Of a stretch of 64,000 nucleotides of DNA, positions 46,911 through 56,800 are shown in pieces. Source of the stretch: Flavobacteriales bacterium (lineage in GTDB: Bacteria > Bacteroidota > Bacteroidia > Palsa-965). The notes beneath the pieces are model-generated. The model was given only the letters and a program-made list of their open reading frames with translations. It was not told where the DNA came from and searched no databases. The position numbers and the translations under genes were made by a program. Location of the stretch: NCBI GenBank assembly GCA_040377305.1, contig JBEIPA010000007.1, positions 32,001 through 96,000 on the forward strand, written 5' to 3'. Each line of letters opens with the position of its first letter. The first letter of the stretch is position 1.

Positions 46911-47870
46911 CTACATCGCCAGTTTGGTGATAGCGATAAAGGAAAGTACGCTGATGAACATCCACAGCAGTACACCGAGTGCAAGCGGACGCCATCCAAC
47001 AGCTTTGATTTCGGCCATTGATAATCCGGCGCCAATGAGGAAGAGCGTAACCGACAATCCGATTTTGGAAATATGGAATAGGGTGGTGCTGTGTTCCTGA
47101 ATGAAAGGGACTAATGTGTTCAACACCATGGCAACCACGAACAAGAGAATGAACCACGGCATTTTCATTTTCTGTTTTCCTCCGGTTTCACGCCTGAAGA
47201 AATACGAAATGATAATTGTCAGTGGAATAATCCAGAGTGCGCGTGCAAGTTTTACTGTTGTAGCAATATGTAGTGTGTCTTCGCCTCCGTACGCACTTGC
47301 AGCACCAACAACAGAACTCGTATCGTGAATGGCGATGGCTGCCCACAAACCAAATTCTTTTGTGGTGAGATCAAAATAATGTCCGATTGGCGGGAAGATG
47401 ACGAGTGCGAGTGAGTTCAGCAGGAAAATTGTTCCCAACGACACCGACATTTCTTTATCGTTTGCACCAACCACCGGACCGATTGCTGCAATTGCACTTC
47501 CACCACAAATTGCCGTGCCTGATGAAATGAGCGTAGTAGTTTTTTTCTCGATGCCGAGCAATTTACCAATGATCACACCGAGAACAATGGTGAGTCCGAT
47601 TGAGCCGATTGTGAGGAGAATTCCGCTCTTGCCGGCGTCCATCGCCTGGTGAATGTTCATCCCGAAACCCAAACCGACTACGGAAACTTTCAGAAGCAGT
47701 CCGGTCGATTTACTGTTGAGATGAACGAATGGATGTCCGATGAACTGAGCGAAGATCAAGCCAAGGAGTAGTGCAATCGGTGGACTGGAAATCGGCGTGG
47801 TACACACGATGATTGCAATCACGAATAATACCGTGCGGACTGTTGGATGCTTGTCGAAAAGAGATTTCAT
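46911..47870 (-). CDS. YeiH family putative sulfate exporter
   Basis: VVGLGFG, GTAICGGSAIAA, IHDTSSVVGA, TVKLARALWI. Confidence 0.92.
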   Translation of the reverse strand: MKSLFDKHPTVRTVLFVIAIIVCTTPISSPPIALLLGLIFAQFIGHPFVHLNSKSTGLLLKVSVVGLGFGMNIHQAMDAGKSGILLTIGSIGLTIVLGVIIGKLLGIEKKTTTLISSGTAICGGSAIAAIGPVVGANDKEMSVSLGTIFLLNSLALVIFPPIGHYFDLTTKEFGLWAAIAIHDTSSVVGAASAYGGEDTLHIATTVKLARALWIIPLTIIISYFFRRETGGKQKMKMPWFILLFVVAMVLNTLVPFIQEHSTTLFHISKIGLSVTLFLIGAGLSMAEIKAVGWRPLALGVLLWMFISVLSFIAITKLAM

Positions 47871-47931
47871 AGTTGTGTGCTCAACACAAGCTCCGGGGAA
47901 ATGGAGTACTCAAAGATAATAAAACTCTGAA

Positions 47932-48022
47932 GGGGAATAGGGTATTGGGGGAATGAGGGATTAAGGCCAAACTCAAGTGTTCACCACTAATAGCCTGAAT
48001 TCCCTAATTCCCCATTCCCCAA
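47932..48022. repeat. GGGAAT-type short-period inverted arms
   Basis: ggggaatagggtattgggggaatgagggatt ... aattccctaattccccattccccaa. Confidence 0.55.
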
Positions 48023-48046
48023 ATCGCGATTCCCTATATTCGCAAC

Positions 48047-48592
48047 GTGTCTAACTCGCCAACTTTTCCTCTTCATTTTCCCGAGCTAAAAACTGATCGC
48101 ACAAATCTCGTGTGGCTTTCTTCGAAGGATCGTGCATTCATTCACCGGTTGTTCTCTGATAAGCAAGTGCAGGAATTTCGCGGAGCGACGCCTTTCAACA
48201 CGATGGAAGAAGCGGAACACCAGCTTTGGGATTGGAGAAAAAAGTTTGCATCGCAGGAAGGAATTCGCTGGGGAATTTTACACCGCGAAGGACAAACGCT
48301 TATCGGCACTGTTGGATTGAAACACATCGACTACTTACACAAGCGTGCGGAAATCAGTTACGAATTAATTCCTGGCTGGTGGAATCGCGGCATCATGACT
48401 GAAGTGCTCACGAAGATATGTTCGTATGCAATCAACGACTTGCAGTTGCACTCACTCGAAGCCAACATTGATCCGCGACACAATGCATCACGCCGCGTGC
48501 TGGAGAAGCTCGACTTCAAAAACGAAGCGCATTTTCGGGAGAACTGGTTTCACGAAGGCTGGTGGGATTCGAGTATTTGGGTGAAGAGATGA
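48047..48592 (+). CDS. GNAT acetyltransferase, RimJ/RimL family
   Basis: AEISYEL...WNRGIMTE, N.ASRRVLEKL.F. Confidence 0.9.
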   Translation: MSNSPTFPLHFPELKTDRTNLVWLSSKDRAFIHRLFSDKQVQEFRGATPFNTMEEAEHQLWDWRKKFASQEGIRWGILHREGQTLIGTVGLKHIDYLHKRAEISYELIPGWWNRGIMTEVLTKICSYAINDLQLHSLEANIDPRHNASRRVLEKLDFKNEAHFRENWFHEGWWDSSIWVKR

Positions 48593-48658
48593 TTCGATGA
48601 GTCAGTGATCCGATGATTCGATCGGGCAACCATTCAGTTTAGTCCGCGTCTTTTGTGT

Positions 48659-49453
48659 ATGATGCGGTATTCTGCGAAAATACTTTTTGGTGTAATCCTA
48701 TTCATTGGTACAATCGAAGAAAATACTATAAGCGCACAAGTATTCACAACCGGATTGAATGCTACATGGTTGCGACCCACGTTCTCAACATTCCATGGTC
48801 AAATCGACGAAGATGCGTATGCACTTGTTACCAGGTCGCAGTCCATCGACGTTTATGGTGAGTATAGATTTGAGAATGGGTTCGTGATGTCGGCTGATTT
48901 GGGTTGGCAAGAAGAAGGTGTTCTGGTGGGAGTGCAGACGCCATTTACTAGCGGGTTTAACGGCAAGCACTTTCAATCGTATTTCTGTGGAGCACGTGGT
49001 GGTTATAGTTATCATTTCGCTCAATCTCGGTTCTTCGCATTCTTAAATCTTGGTCTCGGATTTGGTTTTAAGAATCAACCTAACGCGACAAAAGAACACG
49101 AGGTGAATATTATACAGAATTGGTATGATCCTCAGTCGGGAAACATGGTGAGTGACACCATGCATTTCGTCACAATCATAATTGATTACGACCAACCTAA
49201 TGTTGACGTTCAATGGCGGGCCTCATTGGGAGCAGAGTACAGGAAGAAACATTTGTATGCACGCGTATACATGGATTTCCGTGGATGGTTTCACAAAATT
49301 GCTGAGATGCAATTTGTTTACGATAGGATTTACAATTTCCAGGAGGATACTCATGTCCCGCCGTTTCATCAGCACTCAACGGGTCACATTATTGCACGTG
49401 CTGCATATTCCGGCTTTGGAGTGGGGTTGGGATGGTATTTTTCGAAAGCTTAG
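48659..49453 (+). CDS. Outer membrane beta-barrel-like hypothetical protein
   Basis: Aromatic alternating strands; ends GVGLGWYF. Confidence 0.65.
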   Translation: MMRYSAKILFGVILFIGTIEENTISAQVFTTGLNATWLRPTFSTFHGQIDEDAYALVTRSQSIDVYGEYRFENGFVMSADLGWQEEGVLVGVQTPFTSGFNGKHFQSYFCGARGGYSYHFAQSRFFAFLNLGLGFGFKNQPNATKEHEVNIIQNWYDPQSGNMVSDTMHFVTIIIDYDQPNVDVQWRASLGAEYRKKHLYARVYMDFRGWFHKIAEMQFVYDRIYNFQEDTHVPPFHQHSTGHIIARAAYSGFGVGLGWYFSKA

Positions 49454-49465
49454 TTAAACTTCGCT

Positions 49466-49873
49466 TCACTTCCCGACTACTCCACTTTCATCTGTCGACG
49501 TGTGAAAATCTTTGATCGCCCAATTGAAATGCAAATAAACCACTCCTGCGCTAAGAGGCAACCACGATCCACCGACTACGCCTATGCAACCTACTGCAAT
49601 TAACAGCAGCGCGCATACAAACGCAACTCCACGGAGTAGAATTAAATTCATTGCAGGGTTTCTCTTATTTCTGATTACACCGAGAAATGGTTTAACGGCA
49701 AGGGCACCACATAGCACCACTGGAAAAACAAACACAAGTACAAACACTCCCACAAACGCATAAGGACTACTGTAGGGGGTTCGGTCGTTAAGTATTGCTA
49801 TCCCGAAGTAAAGACCGATCAGAGATGCTGCAATAACTATGGTGCCGGATATGGCCGCCCCGATTCTTTTCAT
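49466..49873 (-). CDS. Small membrane protein (~4 TM)
   Basis: Hydrophobic segments; follows the PorP/SprF gene on the same strand. Confidence 0.6.
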   Translation of the reverse strand: MKRIGAAISGTIVIAASLIGLYFGIAILNDRTPYSSPYAFVGVFVLVFVFPVVLCGALAVKPFLGVIRNKRNPAMNLILLRGVAFVCALLLIAVGCIGVVGGSWLPLSAGVVYLHFNWAIKDFHTSTDESGVVGK

Positions 49874-49889
49874 CGTCAACGGATGATGT

Positions 49890-50807
49890 TCAAAATAGAG
49901 ACTTTGAACCTTCTTTCTTCAACCCATTTGCATTGAATCGCACAGCAATGATCAACTCGTGCGTTCCGGTTGAGTAGTTACCAAGATTTGTCGTTGTGAA
50001 ATCGTACGCGTAGCTCAGTTGCATATCTCTCCAGAGAAAACCAAGGTTCATGGAAATTGCATCGAGGTGACGATAACCTCCGCCAACCCACACTTTGTCT
50101 TTGTAGAATGCACGAACACCAAGATCAAACTGGAACGGAACCGGAGAAACCAATTTACCGAGTGCAGATGCTTCGAGTTTGAAGTCTTCACCAATTGGCT
50201 GACGATACCCCGCCATGAAATAATAGTGACGATTCATCACACTGGTTGTACTCGCTGAGTAATCGAAGAACTTCAGTTTGTTCTGCTGAATCTGAAGGCA
50301 TGATCCTCCAACCCAGAAACGATCGTTGTACAAATAGAATCCTGCAGAGAAATCGGGAACAAGAACAGATTGCAATGCATTCACCAATGTTAAGTCTCCC
50401 GGATCATGCAACGTAATTTTTTGTCCGTCGATCATGAATTGAAGAATTCCTGCATTCACACCCATTGATAAAGTGAGATTCTCTTTCAATGGCGCATGAT
50501 ACGCATACGACATGTAAAATCCGGTTCTGCGTGTTGGACCAACAATGTCAGTGAACAATTGCCCTCCAACACCCATGTGATCCCATTTCAACGGACCATG
50601 CACACTGAGATTATAGGTACGCGGTGCATCTGTAATTCCGCCCCACTGGTAACGATTGGCCGACATGCCCAGGAAGTAAGCTTCTTTTCCTCCAATAGCA
50701 GGATTCATCACATAATCATTCACCATGTATTGACTGAAATGCGGAGTCTGCTGAGCTGATAGAGCCAGAGAACATACGCCTGCAAAAAGTGCGAGTAGTT
50801 TTTTCAT
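49890..50807 (-). CDS. Type IX secretion system membrane protein, PorP/SprF family
   Basis: P.FSQYM.N...NPA..G, RYQW.G...AP, YAYDFTT..L....GTHE. Confidence 0.95.
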   Translation of the reverse strand: MKKLLALFAGVCSLALSAQQTPHFSQYMVNDYVMNPAIGGKEAYFLGMSANRYQWGGITDAPRTYNLSVHGPLKWDHMGVGGQLFTDIVGPTRRTGFYMSYAYHAPLKENLTLSMGVNAGILQFMIDGQKITLHDPGDLTLVNALQSVLVPDFSAGFYLYNDRFWVGGSCLQIQQNKLKFFDYSASTTSVMNRHYYFMAGYRQPIGEDFKLEASALGKLVSPVPFQFDLGVRAFYKDKVWVGGGYRHLDAISMNLGFLWRDMQLSYAYDFTTTNLGNYSTGTHELIIAVRFNANGLKKEGSKSLF

Positions 50808-50819
50808 GTCTCTGTCTCC

Positions 50820-53800
50820 TTATCTCATTATGGTTAAAGGTCCGGTGAATACTTCCGGGAACATCGGATCATTCAACTTGATAATGTAGTAGTAAGTTCC
50901 TACCGGCAAATCTTTTCCGTTGTATTGTCCGTCGAATGGCGTGTTGTATCCAACTGAACGGAACAACATGATTCCCCAGCGATCATACACTTCAATTTCG
51001 CATTCAGGGAAGAGGAAGATATTGTCGATTTCCCAAATATCATTCGTTCCATCACCGTTCGGAGTGAATCCGTCAGGGAACCAGATCGACGGAACAATGT
51101 CAAGCACCATGGTATCACTTGCTGTACATCCTGTGCTGTCTGTAACAACGAGAATGTAAGTTGTTGATGTCATTGGTCCAGCGACAGGATTTCCGGTTGA
51201 AGGATCACCAAGTCCTGTTGAAGGTCCCCATGCGAATGTTGCACCACCCGGTCCGGCAGGAGTGCCACCAATTGTTGTGGTAGTTCCCTGCAGGATTGAT
51301 TGATCAGGACCTGCATCTGCGAGCGGTTGAGGTAATGATGTAACAAGAACGGTGTCTGTATCGGTACATCCGTTGTTGTTTACAGTGAGAATGTACGTGT
51401 TCACACCTGTTGTTGGAGCAACAGTTGTGGTTACGGAAGAACCTACAATGTTACCTGCAAGATCTGTCCACGTGTAGGTGAGTGCATTCGCGCTGAGACT
51501 GCCGTCAAGAAGAATTTGTCCTGCTACACAAGCAGAAGTGTCGTTACCCGCATCCGCAAAGATTGTTGTTTGCGCACCCACAACAATAGTGTCGAGCGTT
51601 GAACAACCATTTGCATCCGTGATCAACACGGTGTAAGAACCGGAAATAACTCCTGTTACATCTTCCGTTGCTGCGGTGAATGGTGCAGGGCCAGTCCATA
51701 CAAACGTGTATGGTGTTGCTCCACCAGAAACAGTGATGTCAATTGATCCGTCAGGAGAATTGTTACACAATGCGTCGACTACAACCGGTGCTCCGAGTAC
51801 GAGTACATTCGGAGATACAATTGAATCGCTGGTTGTAGTTGTACAACCGTTTGCATCTGTGATCGTGCACGTGTAACCCATGCTGCACAAGTTGATCGCA
51901 GTCTGAGTTGTTTGTGCCGTTGGATTCCATACATACGTGTAAGGCAATGTTCCTCCTGATGCAAGAGCCATGATTGATCCATCGCAAGCACCTGTACACA
52001 TTTCTGCTGTTGTGAATGGGAATGATGTTGCAAGTTGTGATGGCTGACCAATATTTACTGCGCCAGTGCTTATACATCCATTCACGTCAGTGACCTGAAT
52101 GAAATATGTTCCCGGACATAATCCGTTTGCGGTATCAATGGTTGCTCCCGTGCTCCAGTTGTATGTGAATGGACCTGCACCACCGGTTACAGTTACATAA
52201 CCTTGTCCGTTACAATCGCCGAAGCAAACAACATTCGAAGCGGATGTGTTCATTACGACACTGGAATTCACATTGCTGATCGGAATCACAACGTTGCGCG
52301 TGCATCCGGTAGCATCAGTAATTGTCACGGTGTAGAGTCCTGCACACAATCCTGTGATCGTAGAAGTAGTTTGTCCACCAGGAGCCCACAGATAGGTGTA
52401 AGGACCTGTGCCGCCCGACGGATTCAACGAGATTTGTCCTAAACAGAATCCGCAATCCGTATTTATGATTGTCTGGTTTGCGATGATTTGCGTTGGAGAA
52501 GAAATCACTGCGCTGTCGGTGAACACGCATCCTGCAGAATCCATAATCTGCACATAATACGTTCCGGCAGCTAATCCATTCACAGTTGAAGTTGTTTGTG
52601 CTCCCGGAACCCAGAGGTACGTGTAAGGTGGAATACCTCCAACAGGATTTACAATTGCAGTTCCATCATTCGCTCCAAAGCAAGTAACGTCTGTCGTAAC
52701 TAATCCGGAAGAAGTAACACCACCTGAAGAAGGAACTGCGATGGAGAATGTATTTGTGCATCCGGTTCCATCTGTAATCACAACAGAGTAAACACCCGCA
52801 CACAATCCACCTGGACTCGAACTGGTCGATCCGTTACTCCACAAATACGTGTAAGGAGGAACACCACCGCTTGCATTAAGTGTAATGTTTCCGTTGCATT
52901 GGCCACACGTGGTAGGAATCACCGCTGGGTTTATAACAATTGCACTCGGTTGTGAGATAGTAACTGTTGATGTTGCCGAACATCCTGCAGCATCACTCAC
53001 CATAACCTGATAAGTACCGATGCACAATCCTGTTGCAGTTGAAGAATTTTGTCCGAGCGGATCGTTCCACTGATAAGTGAACGGAGCCATGCCCGATGAA
53101 ATGTTCACCGTTGCCCATCCGTCGCATACGGCATTGCACGTTGGACCAGAAGCGAGTGTAGACGCGGTGAGTGTATTCCATGCACCAATGGAGATTGTAT
53201 CAATCTGGGTACAACCTGAAGCGTCTGTTATAGTGAGTGTATATGAACCAACCGCTTGTCCTACAATAGTAGCAGTAGTTTGTCCGCCCGGCATCCACAA
53301 GTAACTGTAAGGGCCGGTTCCTCCGCTAGGATTTGCAGTTGCACTTCCATCGGAAACTCCGTTGCAGGATGCATTCGACACAAACACATTAGCCAGAATT
53401 TGCGGAGGACTTGTAATTGTTACGGGAGCAAAACGAATACATGCGTTCGAGTCAGTCATCTGAAGGAAGTAGTTTCCACCACACATACCTGCAAGAATGT
53501 TTGTTGTCTGTCCTCCCGGATTCCAGAGGTAAGTGTAAGGAGAAGTTCCACCGACAGGAGTTACGTTCGCGGTACCGTCACAAATATTCGGACACGAAGT
53601 TCCTGTGGTGATTACGTTTTCACCTGTTGGTCCACCGCTGTTGTTCATCGCAATTACAAATGTGTCCTGACAACCGAGAGCATCCGTTACCGTTACTGTG
53701 TAAAGTCCGGCACAAACATTCACCTGGTTAGCTACCGGAGGCAATCCCCCTGTCCACGCGTACGTGTAAGGCGCAGCGCCACCACTCGGTGAAACGTTCA

Positions 53801-56800
53801 TCGTTCCATTGCACACTCCACAATTTGCAGGAGCACTTGCAACACTGAGCGAAAATGAAGCAGCAGGGGTTACAGTTACGACCTGAACGTCGGTACAACC
53901 ATTCGCATCACGAACCGTTACGGTATACGTGCCTGAAGAAATTCCGGAAATCGTTGACGTTGTTTGTCCACCAGGAGCCCACAGGTACTGATAAGGACCG
54001 GTACCACCAACAGGAGTAGCGGTTGCTGTTCCGTCTGCGCCACCTCCGCAAGACGGCGATGTGAATGACGTATTCGCCTGCAATAAACTCGGTGAAGTTA
54101 TTGTTGCGGTGTTCGTTTGAATACAACCGTTGTTGTCTGTAACTGTTACTGTGTATCCACCCGAACATAAACCAGTTGCTGTGATTGCAGTTCCGCCAGA
54201 TGGAGACCAGTTGTATGTGTAACCCGGAGCACCACCTGATGGATTCACAGATGCAAATCCATCACAAGAACCAAAGCAGCTTACCGGAGCAGCACCCATA
54301 CTCAATACCATGGATGTTGGTTGCAGAATTGTAACTGAATTTACAATCTGACATCCGTTCGAATCTGTTGAAGTAATACTATACGCACCCGCACACAATC
54401 CGTTTACAGCTGGTGTTGTTTGTCCGCCGGGGGACCACATGTACAAGTAACCCGGTACACCGCCAGTTACTGTTGTTCCTGCAGTTCCGTCGCAGTTTCC
54501 ATTGCACAATGCATCTGTGGAAGAAACGCTTTGCTGCAACGCTGGTGGTTCTGTAATTGTAACTGAATCAACATTGGTACAACCGTTGATGTCGCTTACG
54601 TTTAACGTGTAGGTGCCCGGACACAAATTCACGATCGAAGAAACAATCGGACCTGCTGACCAGATGTAAGAGAACGGTGCCGAACCACCCGTGATCGTTG
54701 ATATTGCTGTTCCGTTACACTGTGCATTACACACAATGTTGGTTGAAGTAATGTTCAGCAACATCGGTGCGGGTTCAGTAATTGTCACCGTAATTGTTTC
54801 TGTGCAACCGTTGGCATCCGTAACAGTAACCGTATATGATCCGGCGCACTGTGCAGAAATTGTCTGTGTTGTTTGTCCACCTGGCATCCAGAGGAATGTA
54901 TATCCTGCTGTTCCGCCGGTTACAGTTACTGTTGCAGATCCGTCGCAAACCGCATTACAACTACACCCTGTTGGAAATCCTACAACTTGAATTGCCGGAG
55001 GATCAGTAATAATAATCTGATCGAATGTGATACAACCTACTGCATCTGTGACCTGAACAAAAATTGTATCAGCGCAAATTCCGGTTACCGCTGGAGTTCC
55101 ATCACCTGTTGGATTTCCCGGTAGCCAATCGTAACTGAATGGTCCAGCTCCGCCCGTAACAACTGTTGTTGCTGTTCCGTCGCAGGTGCTGTCGCAAGTT
55201 GCATTCGTACTCGATGAACTCAGAGTTGGTCCGTTAATGTTGCTGACTGCGAATTGGGTGTTTGTTGCGCAACCGGTTGAGTCCGTAATTGTAACCGTAT
55301 AAATTCCCGGACACAAGTTGGTGATGCCCGACGTTGTTGCTGCACTCGGACTCCATGAATAGGTGAGAGGTCCTGATCCTCCCGACGCGGTAGTAGAAAT
55401 TGTTCCGTCGCACAATGTACAATTCGCATCGGTAACACTTCCGTTTGCGGTAATCAGTGTGGGTTCTGTTATCGTTACAATGATTGTTGTATCACACGAA
55501 AGCGAATCGTTGATAGTACACGTGTAAGAGCCCGCACATTGGTTTGTGATTGTTTGTGTAGTTTGTCCACCCGGCAGCCAGAGATACGTGTACGAACCTG
55601 TTCCGCCAATTGCACTTGCGCTTGCGGTTCCGTCACACAATGAATTACAGCTCACGTTAGTTGTAGCACCGGTCACAACAAGTTGCGGTGGATTGTTGAA
55701 TGTAATTTGTGTTGTGCTGAAACATCCGTTGGCATCAGTTGCAGTTACTGTCCAGGTTCCCGCACAAAGACCAGTGATGTTTTGTGTTGTGAAGTTTCCA
55801 GGCTGCCACAAATAGGTATATGGATTTGCTCCGCCTGAAGCATTCGCGCTTGCTACTGCATCACAAACGCCGAAACAACTTGGTGTGCTTCCCGAACTGG
55901 TAATTGTAATATTTACAACCTGAGTAATTGTGACAGAAGCTGTAGTTGTACAACCTTGCGCATCGGTGACTGTACACGTGTACGTTCCTAAACACAAATT
56001 TGTTGCTGTTGGATTTGTTCCACCAGCAGGCGACCAGAAATAGGCATACGGAGAAGTTCCGCCCGCCACATTTACAGATGCGGAACCTGTACACAATCCG
56101 CAGCTCGATGAAGTTGCAGTTACAGCTGCAGAAAGTGGCTGTGGTTGTGTAATGCTTATGATGCTTTGTTGTGTACAGCCATTAGCGTCGGTCACGGTGA
56201 GCGTATAGGATCCTGCACACAATCCGGAAACGTTTTGTGTGGTGAGAGAGCCCGGCATCCACAAATAGCTGTAAGGACCTGTTCCGCCCGCAGGGTTTGC
56301 ATTCGCAGTTCCGTTACAAACTCCGGAACAACTTGCGTTCACCGATGTAACGTTGTTAGCAATCGCCTGTGGTTCGGTGATGGTGATGGTAACACTTCCT
56401 GTACAGCCGAGTGCGTCTGTAATCAAACACGTGTACGTTCCCGCACATTGGTTCGTAATTCCTGGTGTGGTTTGTCCACCCGGCGACCACACGTATGTGT
56501 AAGCAGGTGTTCCGCCCGATGCAGATACAGAAGCCGCACCGTTGCACAAACCATTACACGTTACATCAGTAACTGATTGTTGAATGGTAAGCGCTGTTGG
56601 TTGAGTGATCGTAACGTTTGCCTGCGCGGTACATCCGTTTGCATCTGTTACGGTTACTGTGTAAGAGCCTGCACATTGATTGGTAATTGCTGCTGTTGTT
56701 TGGTTGCCTGGATTCCATAAGTATGTATACGCAGCCGTACCACCGGAAACGTTTGCAGAAAGTGTCGCGTTACATACGCTGTTACACGTCAGGTTGCTTG

